The notes under the pieces: model-generated | The model's database searches: none | Told to the model about the DNA's origin: nothing | The model's input: the letters and a program-made list of their open reading frames with translations, nothing else | Position numbers and translations under genes: made by a program | Shown: positions 1-10,199 of the stretch, one piece after another | Position numbering within the stretch: position 1 is the stretch's first letter | How the letters are laid out: each line of letters starts with the position of its first letter | IMG/VR virus record: IMGVR_UViG_3300046786_000537 | Span: 1 to 26,734 of that record | Length of the DNA: 26,734 bases | Reading direction: 5' to 3' (one strand) | Source of the DNA: a virus | Lineage: Duplodnaviria > Caudoviricetes

Positions 1-489
1 GTATTAAATACTCAATCTTTTTTAACATCAAGTTTATTAAATATAGATTTACCAACTACACAATCATTTCAATCACATATTCGTTCAAATCCAACTCCAA
101 TTAAATTAGTAAATAACACTAATACTATAAATGAGTTTCACGACCAAATTTTTGAATATAGTGCTAGATATGTTAAACGTGTAGTTTCTGAATTTAATAA
201 TACATTAAACACATTAACAATAAAGAATGCTTTATTGGATTATGGTACGGAAGATGTTGGACCTGAAAATTTTGAAATATTTTTATTTGGATTGCATATA
301 CCCGGTGATTTTACAGTAACACAAGTTGGTTCTAATATATCAATACAGTTAAATGATAGGTATATAGATTTTGATAATACTACAACTAATGATATTTATG
401 TTTATGGTAAATTTGTAGATATTATTTTAAATACAGAAAATTCAATAAATTTGGCAACGGAAAATGGGGAGGTATTAATTATACAATAG
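1..489 (+). CDS. 5'-truncated hypothetical (probably virion) protein
   Basis: Frame 1 is open from base 1 (GTA TTA AAT...) to TAG at 487-489, so the tracked 235..489 ORF (TTG start) is only its 3' end. It ends in ILNTENSINLATENGEVLIIQ, and the next ATG is at 491. Confidence 0.7.
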   Translation, partial: VLNTQSFLTSSLLNIDLPTTQSFQSHIRSNPTPIKLVNNTNTINEFHDQIFEYSARYVKRVVSEFNNTLNTLTIKNALLDYGTEDVGPENFEIFLFGLHIPGDFTVTQVGSNISIQLNDRYIDFDNTTTNDIYVYGKFVDIILNTENSINLATENGEVLIIQ

Positions 490-490
490 A

Positions 491-2068
491 ATGGCATTAA
501 GACAGGCAAGAAAAATATCAGAATTAGAAGCACTAACAAGTGCATCTTTGAATACAACAATCGTAGGTGTTGATAATGGAACAACCTATAAGATTGAATT
601 GGATGTTCTTGCTGACTCTGTTAGTGATAGAATAAATATAGGAGATAGAACTAGATTAGATAGTTTAGAACAATATACTGCATCTTTTGCTTCATCAACA
701 GATACATCTCAATTAAATTCATATACTGCTTCTCAAAATACATTAAATACTGCATTTCAAAATGGAATAAATGCAAGATTACAAACATCTTCATTTAATG
801 ATTTTTCAGCATCGGTACATAGTGAAATATTGGCAGCAACTAACGAACAATCTTTTAATGGATTGATTAGTGGTTCATCACAATTGACTAGTTCATATGA
901 TTTAAGATATGTTTTAAGTGGAAGTATTACTCAAACAACTTGGGATAATATTGCAAACAAACCATCTGGTATAGTTTCACAATCAACTGATTTAAGTTCT
1001 TTAAACACTTTTACACAATCAACTGATGTTAGGTTGGATAATTTAGAACTACATACCGGTTCTTACTTAACATCGTTACCATCTGGTTTAATTTCACAAT
1101 CTACGGATTTAACTTCTCTAAATACTTTTACACAATCAATAGATAATAGAGTAGATAGTTTAGAAAGTTGGAGTTCATCTTTAACAGATACATTTGCAAC
1201 AGATTTAGAAGTTTCTGTTGTAAGTAGTTCAGTAGCAGCAACAATTGGTGTTATATCTCAACAAACTGGATTAGTAACTACATCTTCATTCAATAGCTTT
1301 TCAGCATCTGTTCATACGGAAATTCTTGCAGCAACTAACGAACAAGATTTAAATAATTTAGAAGCTAGTGCAAGTTTAATTCAAAGTTGGAATAGAAATA
1401 AAGAATATATGGTTGGTAAATCCGACCAATTAACTTTTTCAGGTGATTATGTTTTAGATAATGCATATTTGTTTGTAGAAGGTGGACAATCAAATAGTAT
1501 TGGTGAATGGACATTTGAAACATGGGATACGAACGCTACATATACACCAACTGGTAGTAACGGATATGTAATCACAGGTCCAACAGGAGATACAAATGCT
1601 TCTATTGGAATTTGGATGCATAGACAATTTGATACCGAAACAATAGTATCGGTTGATTATATATGGAACGGAGTTGATGTAGGAAACGATTGGCCAATAT
1701 ATGCAGTAGATACTCAATATCCATACGAAATAGATACTCAAAATAGATTACAAGATACTAATGCTAGTTCTGAAAGTGGAACTTGGACAATAAATGTTCC
1801 ATCTGGTAGTTGGTTATCAATCGGAGTAAATACTGCTAATGTAAATAATACTGTTGGAACTTTACAAATTACACTCCCATATTTATTTAATTCAGATATG
1901 ATAGAATACTCACCGAATAAATACTTTAAAAAAGAAGGAAAGATATTTATAGGTGGTAATTTGTTATTAAAAAACGGAGAGATAGAAAACAATGGTTTTA
2001 TAAGTGTTGGTGGAGAGGTTATACTAATTGGTAATTCACAAATATACGGAACAGGAACAATAATATAA
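491..2068 (+). CDS. Putative tail fibre/baseplate-associated structural protein (525 aa)
   Basis: N-terminal KISEL motif seen in phage fibre/structural proteins. S/T-rich helical region with internal repeats (TSSFNxFSASVHxEILAATNEQ x2; PSGxxSQSTDLxSLNTFTQS x2). Beta-rich C-terminal half. Confidence 0.6.
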   Translation: MALRQARKISELEALTSASLNTTIVGVDNGTTYKIELDVLADSVSDRINIGDRTRLDSLEQYTASFASSTDTSQLNSYTASQNTLNTAFQNGINARLQTSSFNDFSASVHSEILAATNEQSFNGLISGSSQLTSSYDLRYVLSGSITQTTWDNIANKPSGIVSQSTDLSSLNTFTQSTDVRLDNLELHTGSYLTSLPSGLISQSTDLTSLNTFTQSIDNRVDSLESWSSSLTDTFATDLEVSVVSSSVAATIGVISQQTGLVTTSSFNSFSASVHTEILAATNEQDLNNLEASASLIQSWNRNKEYMVGKSDQLTFSGDYVLDNAYLFVEGGQSNSIGEWTFETWDTNATYTPTGSNGYVITGPTGDTNASIGIWMHRQFDTETIVSVDYIWNGVDVGNDWPIYAVDTQYPYEIDTQNRLQDTNASSESGTWTINVPSGSWLSIGVNTANVNNTVGTLQITLPYLFNSDMIEYSPNKYFKKEGKIFIGGNLLLKNGEIENNGFISVGGEVILIGNSQIYGTGTII

Positions 2069-2072
2069 AAAT

Positions 2073-4382
2073 ATGCAATACATTCAATTACAAGGACAGA
2101 TAGCTTCGCAATTAGACTTACCATTAGACGGTAGTTATAATTTGTTTATAGATACATCAGATAATTCCATCAAAGTAAAAGATGGTGATGGACATATTCA
2201 TGGTGGATTATCCGGATTAACAGAATTGACTTATAATCAATTAACAGCTTCAATAGCTAGTGGTTCTTTAACACCTGGCTCGTTCTATAAAGTAACTAAT
2301 GCGGGAAGTTCTTCAAATGATTCTTGGGCAACATTCCAAGAGGGAGGTTCAACTATCATTTTACAAGCATCAACAACTGGTTCTATTAGTAAAAGAGGTA
2401 TTGGTTTGTTCTATAATCCTAACTACAATAGTGCATCGGTATGGGATAACACCTTTGTATTACAAATGGAATCGAGTATGTATAATGCAGATACATTCTT
2501 CAATATGGGAGAATATATCCTTTGCGATGGAACATCTGATGTTGTATTAAGACCAAATGTAGTTGATTCATCGGCAATCGTAGTTGTAGATAACCACCAA
2601 TCCGCATCATTCTTTGCTAATTTAGAAAACTATCCAATTGCATTTACAAGTGATAACACCGGAATAACGGGTTCATTTGTTGGAGTATTCGCATCAGCAT
2701 CTTACGCAGTAGGGGATAAAGCAATTTGGGGTGGTAGAGTTTGGGAAAATTTAAGTGGTTCTATTGGGTGGGAAGATGGTTCATATGACCTTAATACGGA
2801 AGATTGGGCAAAAGTTCCATTTGCATCTAGTTCATATTATACTTTGGTAGCAGATGAAATTGAATTTGATATTGAAAACAATTACATTCAGTATAGAAAA
2901 GATATTAAAAACAATATTGAAATAATCCAAACATATGATGCGGATGAAGGAAGAATTGTAGAGTTTCCTTGGGGTCATCCTAATATCAGAAATGTATCTT
3001 TGGAAAACACTTCTACTAATGGTTTTGTAAATTTTCATAATTCAAACTCAATAAATGGTTTGTATATGAAACATGGTAGTCGTTTTGAAGCAAACTATTG
3101 GGGAAAGATTAATCAATTTAGTGACATATATGGGGATGTTGATAGTGATATATCTCAATTAGCATTAGGTCACGGATGTGATATTAGAAGAATCCGATTA
3201 GGAATTGATTCAAGAATAGGAAGTGGTGGAACAATTTTTATTGCTGGAAATGATGGAGATAACGCATTCTATGATATTACATTAGATAATAATTCACGAA
3301 TATTTGATATAGAATTGTATCAATATTCATCTATGCATGATTTGACAATTGGAATGAATTCGCAAATATATGGAATGAATATCTATAATGATGCCGATGT
3401 ATATAGTTGTAATTTAGAAATGAATTCTAATATTGCTAATATATCAATGGGAAGAAATTCATCAATATATAATATTGAATTAGAATCGGATTCTTATATC
3501 GATAGTTTTAATATGGATTACAATTCATCTCTTTATAATATTAGATTGGGTGGTAGTTCATACTTGGAATATTCATCGATAGGAATAAGTTGTGAAATGT
3601 CAGAAATTGATTTAGGATTGGATTGTGGTTCGTATTGCAATACCTTAAATGGTGTAAATGGGACAGGTTCTTCAATTTCAGAAATTTCATTAAGAAGTAA
3701 TTCTAGCTTTAATAATATAGTTTTACATCCTGCTACATATATTCAAAATATTACCGGAACAGATAATGTTGGATTTGGTAATATTACTATAACTGGTAGT
3801 AATTCAAATATATCAAATTTTGAAATTGAATTAGGCGGTGGATTTGGTTCGTTTACTATTGATGGAACTGCTGAATCTACATATTTATCAGATTTCAAAA
3901 TCGGACAAAATGAAGGATTTGGTGGTATTGGAACATATACAACATCATATGAAAGTATTACACTTGATAGAGGATTTAGAAATTTCTTAAACACTGCAAC
4001 TCAAAGTTTAGATAACGAAGTAGGTCCAACTGATAATCCACTCATTACTTTTTATAATAGAAGTATTATAACACTTGATATAAGTGGAGCAACAACATAT
4101 ATAGGATATGAATTACCAGATGGTCAATATGAAGGACAAGAACTTACATTTGTTGCAAAATCCGATGGAACTCATTCAATTACATCAGACCAAATCAATA
4201 TATGGACAAACAAATTAGTAACAAGTGGTAATGGATATGGGTTGGATGATAGAACCGGCTCAACACATGCATTCAGACCATTTGCAAGATGGAATGGTAG
4301 TTATTGGGATTGGAGAAATGTAACCAAAGCAATTTGGACAGGTGGAGTATGGGTAACTGATGCAGAAGCATTCAACGATTAA
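2073..4382 (+). CDS. Putative virion/receptor-binding protein with 11-residue beta-solenoid repeats and a CBM5/12-like motif (769 aa)
   Basis: Ten consecutive 11-aa repeats at 3291-3620 (NSRIFDIELYQ/YSSMHDLTIGM/NSQIYGMNIYN...). YAVGDKAIWGGRVW...W at 2703-2816 resembles small carbohydrate-binding modules. Located in the fibre cluster. Confidence 0.55.
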   Translation: MQYIQLQGQIASQLDLPLDGSYNLFIDTSDNSIKVKDGDGHIHGGLSGLTELTYNQLTASIASGSLTPGSFYKVTNAGSSSNDSWATFQEGGSTIILQASTTGSISKRGIGLFYNPNYNSASVWDNTFVLQMESSMYNADTFFNMGEYILCDGTSDVVLRPNVVDSSAIVVVDNHQSASFFANLENYPIAFTSDNTGITGSFVGVFASASYAVGDKAIWGGRVWENLSGSIGWEDGSYDLNTEDWAKVPFASSSYYTLVADEIEFDIENNYIQYRKDIKNNIEIIQTYDADEGRIVEFPWGHPNIRNVSLENTSTNGFVNFHNSNSINGLYMKHGSRFEANYWGKINQFSDIYGDVDSDISQLALGHGCDIRRIRLGIDSRIGSGGTIFIAGNDGDNAFYDITLDNNSRIFDIELYQYSSMHDLTIGMNSQIYGMNIYNDADVYSCNLEMNSNIANISMGRNSSIYNIELESDSYIDSFNMDYNSSLYNIRLGGSSYLEYSSIGISCEMSEIDLGLDCGSYCNTLNGVNGTGSSISEISLRSNSSFNNIVLHPATYIQNITGTDNVGFGNITITGSNSNISNFEIELGGGFGSFTIDGTAESTYLSDFKIGQNEGFGGIGTYTTSYESITLDRGFRNFLNTATQSLDNEVGPTDNPLITFYNRSIITLDISGATTYIGYELPDGQYEGQELTFVAKSDGTHSITSDQINIWTNKLVTSGNGYGLDDRTGSTHAFRPFARWNGSYWDWRNVTKAIWTGGVWVTDAEAFND

Positions 4383-4411
4383 CAAAATAACAAATATAAA
4401 TAAAAATAAAA

Positions 4412-4693
4412 ATGGCAAATTACGAAAGACCAACTAGACCATCATTCACAATTAACTTTGATGAATATGTTACCGAAGGAGTAATGAATGGGAATGCTCT
4501 TAAAACAAAACAAATTTCTATTGCAAAAATAATTGATAATCCTGGTTCTAAAACAGTAGCAGTGATGACAACTAAAAATAGATTATATGTTCTTTGGGCA
4601 GGACAAGCATATGATAATATCGGAAACTGGACAAACGAACAAGTAGAAGCAAGAGTTAGAGAATTAGTTTTGGCAGGACAAATGGGTGAATAA
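4412..4693 (+). CDS. Small hypothetical protein, possibly fibre assembly/accessory (93 aa)
   Basis: Clean ORF with an A-rich leader between two fibre genes. The function is a guess from context only. Confidence 0.6.
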   Translation: MANYERPTRPSFTINFDEYVTEGVMNGNALKTKQISIAKIIDNPGSKTVAVMTTKNRLYVLWAGQAYDNIGNWTNEQVEARVRELVLAGQMGE

Positions 4694-4710
4694 CCAAATA
4701 ATAGAAAAAG

Positions 4711-7700
4711 ATGTTTGAAAGTAAATTAAATAGAGGTAGAGCAAACGGGTATGCTCCATTGGATGGTGATGGTAAAGTTCCATTGGATAAACTACCACCA
4801 ATTCAGTCTACAATTGATACGGGTTCATTTGCAACAACAGGTTCAAACCAATTTAATGGTAATCAATCTGTAAGTGGTTCATTAACTACTGCCGAATTTA
4901 TACAAACATCTACTTTACAAGGAACTGGTTCATTGTATTTGAAACCTGATTTAAATGATAGTAGACATTTTGAAATATATAATACATCACCAACTGATAC
5001 TCACATTAAAGCAAATGGTGGTATAAGTTTCTTTGGAGATGATACAAATTATTTAAAAATTGAAGATGGTGCCGGTGATGTTACATTAAGAGCAAATCAA
5101 GATATAACACTACAAACCGGAAATGGAAATATAGTTCTTAATCCAGATGGTAATGCATATATTGGTTCTGCTAATTCGGGAAATGGAATAGTAACCGATG
5201 GATATTTAGCAGGAATTATTGGTGATACAAATACAGTTAATAACTCAACTGGTCATACTCTTACTGATAATTTAACAAATATAATCAATTCAATTCCAAC
5301 TATACCAGCCGGAACGATTAGTGGTTCTGCACAAATAACAGAATTAGGATTTATTAGTTCATCTACAACGATAGATACTGGTTCATTTGCAACAACCGGT
5401 TCAAACTCATTCAACGGAAATCAATCTATAACCGGTTCTTTATCAATAAGTGTTTCAACTGGTATTCCAAGTGGTGTATCCAATTGGAATGGACAAGGGG
5501 GCTGGAATCAAGGTTTTTATTCCAATATAACCGCATCAGGTGGAACCGGGACAGGTTTGACAGTAGATGTTGCAGCAGGAGGTGGTGGATATATTAACAT
5601 TAGTGCTATTAGTATAAATAATCCTGGTAGTGGATATACTAATGGTGATATTGTAACCATTGATAATGAAAATAATCTTCCTGGTCAATTTACAATTGAA
5701 GTTGGGGCAAATAATTTTGAATTTAATACAAGTGGTAGTTTAGTATTTCCAGATTCAACAACACAAACAACTGCGTTTAATTCGGGAAAATACGCAACCA
5801 CAGGTTCAAATACATTCAACGGAAACCAAATCATAAGTGGTTCTTTGACAATTGCAAGTGGTTCATCTATATATGGATTAGCACAATATTCAGGAGCAGT
5901 TTTATTCCAACCCGTTGCAGACCCTGACCCATTATCACAAGCAACAACCGGAACTCACTTATTTGTATCTTCTTCAAACAATCAAACGGGTGAAGATTTA
6001 TATTTTAGACAACAAGATAATAAAGTAAAGTGGAAGTGGGTAGAAGGTAAATTAAACACAGGTATTCTAACTGGTGGTGTAATATCTTATAGTGGTAGTT
6101 TGGTGTATGTAAAAGCAGGAACTGGTATTATAATGAATCATAATGCAAGTTTAACCGAAGAAATTTCACCTGTAACAACTTATGTTAGTTGGAATGATTA
6201 TACTGCATCTTGTCAAAATATAACATCATCTCTTGCAACTTATCTATATGTTGATAATGCAGGAACAATACATCAAACCGATACTTACTTTACTGTTGAC
6301 CAATATAGAACATCATTACCATTGGGTATGGTGAATCATACTGGTAAAAATGTAATTACATCCGTAGCAAACAATGTTGCTACTGCATATGATGATGTTT
6401 CCCAAACTTCTGATTTCATCAGAGCATTCGGTCCGATGAAATTAAGAGGTTTATCAATTACTCCTGCAACTAATAGTTTGAAATTTACAATTGAAGCAGG
6501 AACATCTTACATATTAGGTGGATTTTACCAACAAAACCCAAATAATTCATCTCATAAAGAAACTCCATTAATTCAAACAGGTAGTTTGTCAATTGCAAGA
6601 GTTAGAAGAGATGGTAGTGGTGGGTTTATAGTTGATAACAATAGTGGTAGTTTTTATAATTCAATTGATTCTCATTATTATGATGATGGAACGGGGACAT
6701 TAAATTCAACCGGAACGGGTCAATGGCAAATTCAAAGAGTATTTTTTAATCCATTTACAAATAGATGTCACATTTATTATGGACAAACTGTATATACATC
6801 ATTTATAAATGCAAAACAATATTTATCAACCGACCCATTTGTTGAAGCAGATTATAGTTCTCATCAATATGTGTTTATAGGATATTTAATTGTAAAAGGA
6901 CAAACTAATAATTTAGCAGATGATAATAATAATTTAGTAGTTCAAAGTGGATTATTTAGAAATACTGTTGGTAGTAGTGGTGGAATTCAAACATTCACAC
7001 ATTTGCATGATTTAGCAGATGTTGAAGTTGCAGACCCATCTAATAAAGATTTACTATCATATAATTCATCTACTGCATTATGGGAACACCATACATTTGG
7101 ATATTTAGGATTAGCAACTACATCTTCATTAAATGGAGTGATTAGTGGAAGTTCTCAATTAACTTCTTCATTTGACACTAGATATACTTTGAGTGGAAGT
7201 GTGAGTGCAGTTCCATCTGGTACAGTTAGTGGAAGCTCTCAACTCACATCTTCATTTGATGGTAGATATGTTCAAACAAGTTCGTTCAACTCATTTACTG
7301 CATCGGCATTAACAACTGGTTCAAACACATTTAGTGGTTCTCAAATTATAAGTGGAGCATTATATGTAACATCTATAACATCTATAAGTTCATCATTCTC
7401 ATTACCGTCGGGTTCATCTTTGATGATATTAAGTGGTAGTAACATTTATGTAGACTCATCGGGTTCTATTACGGGTTCATTATCGGGTTCAGTTTTTGGA
7501 ATAGGTGATGTTGTGGCATTTAGTGCATCTGTAAATAGTAGATTAAATAGTGCAGGTGGTGCAGCGGGAGTAATTAGTGGTTCGGCACAAATAACTGCAT
7601 TTGGATTTGTTAGTGGTAGTTATGAAACTACTGGTAGAAGCATTGTATCAGGTTCATCTCAATTGACAAGTTCATATGATACACGTTATACTTTAAGTGG

Positions 7701-8682
7701 GAGTGTGAGTGCAGTTCCAACCGGCACAATTAGTGGTTCTTCACAATTGACAAGTTCATTTGATTTGAGATATTTAGTGACAGGTTCAGTAACATCTTCA
7801 ATATCACAATTGAATACATTTACTGCATCCGTTTCAACTGCAAGTTTAGTAACTTCAATTAACAATATAAATTCATTTACATCTTCATTAAATATTTTGA
7901 CAAGTTCATTAGCAACTACGGGTTCAAATTCATTTAATGGAGCACAAACTATTACTGGTTCATTGACAGTGAGTTCGGTAGCAGTTGTAAGTGCATCTGT
8001 TACTCTACCATCTGGTTCAGTTTTATCTTTGACAAGTGGTAGTAATTTAGTTATTCAAAATAACGGAACTGCTGAAATTACGGGTTCATTAAAAGTTAGT
8101 GGTTCTACAATAAGTTTAATAACAACTACATTACAAGTTGGAACTGGTAGTGGGGATGAAGGTGGTGAAATTTTATTAGCAAAATCAGTAACAAATAACT
8201 CACTTACGGGTAGTGGAATTACAATTGACTCTTACCAAAATAGATTAAGAATTTTTGAACAAGGTGGTGCTGCAAGAGGTGTACATATTGATTTAACAAA
8301 AGCACCTGATGGTGTTGCAGGTGAATTAATGTGGAAAGCAAGTGGGATAGTAAATGCAGGAACATTTGTACAATTAGATAATATAAAAGCAACTGTAACA
8401 ACTAGTGGTAATCGTGGATTAAGTATTGCGGCAGTATCAACCACATTTAGTGCAAATACATCTGCAATATATGCTTCGGGAGCTTCCTCCGGTGGTGCAG
8501 CAGGTGTTATTTCGGTAACAACTACTGCAAGCACATCATTATATGGTTGGAATTTTGGTACTCAAACCGATACTGCAACATATATAATTAATGATACCAC
8601 AACTAATAAAGCATATCGTATAACGATGTTAATAGGTGGTTCTTACAACAATAATGTTATTTCAATAGAAAGGTTAGTATAA
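4711..8682 (+). CDS. Long mosaic tail fibre protein (1323 aa)
   Basis: N-terminal GRANGYAPLDGDGKVPLDKLP motif typical of phage fibres. Five (A/L)TTGSNxFxGxQ repeats at 4831, 5389, 5794, 7309 and 7912. Also an NPGSGY module, an LHDLADVEV..P...LLSY...W module and duplicated SGSSQLTSSxDxRY units. Confidence 0.75.
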   Translation: MFESKLNRGRANGYAPLDGDGKVPLDKLPPIQSTIDTGSFATTGSNQFNGNQSVSGSLTTAEFIQTSTLQGTGSLYLKPDLNDSRHFEIYNTSPTDTHIKANGGISFFGDDTNYLKIEDGAGDVTLRANQDITLQTGNGNIVLNPDGNAYIGSANSGNGIVTDGYLAGIIGDTNTVNNSTGHTLTDNLTNIINSIPTIPAGTISGSAQITELGFISSSTTIDTGSFATTGSNSFNGNQSITGSLSISVSTGIPSGVSNWNGQGGWNQGFYSNITASGGTGTGLTVDVAAGGGGYINISAISINNPGSGYTNGDIVTIDNENNLPGQFTIEVGANNFEFNTSGSLVFPDSTTQTTAFNSGKYATTGSNTFNGNQIISGSLTIASGSSIYGLAQYSGAVLFQPVADPDPLSQATTGTHLFVSSSNNQTGEDLYFRQQDNKVKWKWVEGKLNTGILTGGVISYSGSLVYVKAGTGIIMNHNASLTEEISPVTTYVSWNDYTASCQNITSSLATYLYVDNAGTIHQTDTYFTVDQYRTSLPLGMVNHTGKNVITSVANNVATAYDDVSQTSDFIRAFGPMKLRGLSITPATNSLKFTIEAGTSYILGGFYQQNPNNSSHKETPLIQTGSLSIARVRRDGSGGFIVDNNSGSFYNSIDSHYYDDGTGTLNSTGTGQWQIQRVFFNPFTNRCHIYYGQTVYTSFINAKQYLSTDPFVEADYSSHQYVFIGYLIVKGQTNNLADDNNNLVVQSGLFRNTVGSSGGIQTFTHLHDLADVEVADPSNKDLLSYNSSTALWEHHTFGYLGLATTSSLNGVISGSSQLTSSFDTRYTLSGSVSAVPSGTVSGSSQLTSSFDGRYVQTSSFNSFTASALTTGSNTFSGSQIISGALYVTSITSISSSFSLPSGSSLMILSGSNIYVDSSGSITGSLSGSVFGIGDVVAFSASVNSRLNSAGGAAGVISGSAQITAFGFVSGSYETTGRSIVSGSSQLTSSYDTRYTLSGSVSAVPTGTISGSSQLTSSFDLRYLVTGSVTSSISQLNTFTASVSTASLVTSINNINSFTSSLNILTSSLATTGSNSFNGAQTITGSLTVSSVAVVSASVTLPSGSVLSLTSGSNLVIQNNGTAEITGSLKVSGSTISLITTTLQVGTGSGDEGGEILLAKSVTNNSLTGSGITIDSYQNRLRIFEQGGAARGVHIDLTKAPDGVAGELMWKASGIVNAGTFVQLDNIKATVTTSGNRGLSIAAVSTTFSANTSAIYASGASSGGAAGVISVTTTASTSLYGWNFGTQTDTATYIINDTTTNKAYRITMLIGGSYNNNVISIERLV

Positions 8683-9413
8683 TGAGTATAGTATTTACAC
8701 GAGGAATAAATTTAATACCATTAGCACCACCAACTTCACCATTTGTAAGTAGTGGATTGGTATTTAATTTACAAAATGCACCATCTTCTGGAACAACTTG
8801 GACTGATGTAAGTGGAAATGGATATAACGCAACATTAGGAGGAACACCAACTTATGTATCCAATAATGGTGGTGGTATAAGATTAAACAATGCTACATAT
8901 ACTGGAACTGATTATATTAGTGTTCCTTATAATATTAGTTCAACTACTTCAACTGTTGAAATTGTAGCATCATTTAATCCTACATCTTATTGGGGGACTA
9001 TTTGGGGTAATGAAGCATATAGTTTTAGTAGAGGATATTTTGCATATATGCCAAATGCCACTACAATAAACTGGGGTTCACCGACTGCATTTACTACTGC
9101 TGCAACCATAACTGCAAGTAATGCTATTAGACATTGGACGTTTGTTATAAATGGAATAAGTAAAAGTTTATATTTAAATGGAAGTCAATTAGGTACAACT
9201 GCCACAATTAGTAATCCTAGTAGTTATGCTACATCTGAATTTTTATTTGGTGCAAGACATACAAACGCAGGAACGGGGGCAACTGATAAACTGAATAACT
9301 CAACTGCGGCAAATTATCCTGTATTTTATCAAATGAGAGTTTATAATAAAGCATTATCAAGTTCAGAAATAACTCAAAACTATAATGCAATAAAAACAAC
9401 TTACGGAATATAA
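8682..9413 (+). CDS. LamG/concanavalin A-like lectin domain virion protein (243 aa)
   Basis: SSGLVFNL...SGTTWTDVSGNGYNATL start and RVYNKALSSSEITQNYNA end are hallmark phage LamG-like motifs. TAATG overlap with the upstream fibre gene. Confidence 0.8.
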   Translation: MSIVFTRGINLIPLAPPTSPFVSSGLVFNLQNAPSSGTTWTDVSGNGYNATLGGTPTYVSNNGGGIRLNNATYTGTDYISVPYNISSTTSTVEIVASFNPTSYWGTIWGNEAYSFSRGYFAYMPNATTINWGSPTAFTTAATITASNAIRHWTFVINGISKSLYLNGSQLGTTATISNPSSYATSEFLFGARHTNAGTGATDKLNNSTAANYPVFYQMRVYNKALSSSEITQNYNAIKTTYGI

Positions 9414-10186
9414 TGGCAATAGAATTTTCAAAAGGATTTACAATTGGTAATAATGGATTAGGAACTATTGGTAATCCTGCTATTTCTGCAATTCAATTAT
9501 ATAATGCCGGAATTCAAACAAGTGGGTGGTATTATATCCAAACTCAAATGATGACAAGTTCGGTGCAAGTGTATTGTAATCAAACAGATAATGGTGGAGG
9601 GTGGATGTTAATTTCTTATCACCCATCTGGTTCAAATACTGGATTGCTTGGGTATCCGTATCCAAATGCAGATAGTGGGAGTTTACAAAATCCAACATTT
9701 ATAAAACATTATAGAAATGTGGAAAATCTTTGGTTTAATGTAAGTGGAAGTGCACAATGTAATTCGGTAATGAGAATGGCATCAACCGCATCCGTTCAAC
9801 CACATTTGGCAAATTGTAGTATTGCACATTCTGTAACATATTCAAATCCAAATGCATTGGATATAATAACAACAACACCAACTACTTTAAAATTAGCACC
9901 CGCACTAACAGGTAGTTGGTCTGCAATAAAAGGATATACTTCTATGACAGCATCTTCTTATCCGGTAATGGCACCGTGTGATTGGCAATATGATACTAAC
10001 TGGTGGACAGTGGCAGGACCTACATCGGCTTACCCTGATGCGCCATATGGAAGAAGTGGAAATGCACAAGGAACAGGTGGATGGACTAATAGAGGAACTA
10101 ATCAAGTATATGGATTGGTAAATACAACAACTACGGCAAATGGTTTATCATCAACTTTTAACACATTAGCAGTTTATATAAAATAA
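9413..10186 (+). CDS. Fibrinogen-like (YCxxxxxGGGW) domain virion protein (257 aa)
   Basis: SGWYYIQ...VQVYCNQTDNGGGWMLI (core 9572-9604) matches the start of fibrinogen C-terminal-like domains. TAATG overlap with the previous gene. Confidence 0.75.
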   Translation: MAIEFSKGFTIGNNGLGTIGNPAISAIQLYNAGIQTSGWYYIQTQMMTSSVQVYCNQTDNGGGWMLISYHPSGSNTGLLGYPYPNADSGSLQNPTFIKHYRNVENLWFNVSGSAQCNSVMRMASTASVQPHLANCSIAHSVTYSNPNALDIITTTPTTLKLAPALTGSWSAIKGYTSMTASSYPVMAPCDWQYDTNWWTVAGPTSAYPDAPYGRSGNAQGTGGWTNRGTNQVYGLVNTTTTANGLSSTFNTLAVYIK

Positions 10187-10196
10187 GATATTTATA
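10187..10196 (+). promoter_or_regulatory. Putative late promoter motif GATATTTATA
   Basis: Recurrent intergenic motif. Lies 3 nt before ATG 10200. Confidence 0.55.
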
Positions 10197-10199
10197 TCT

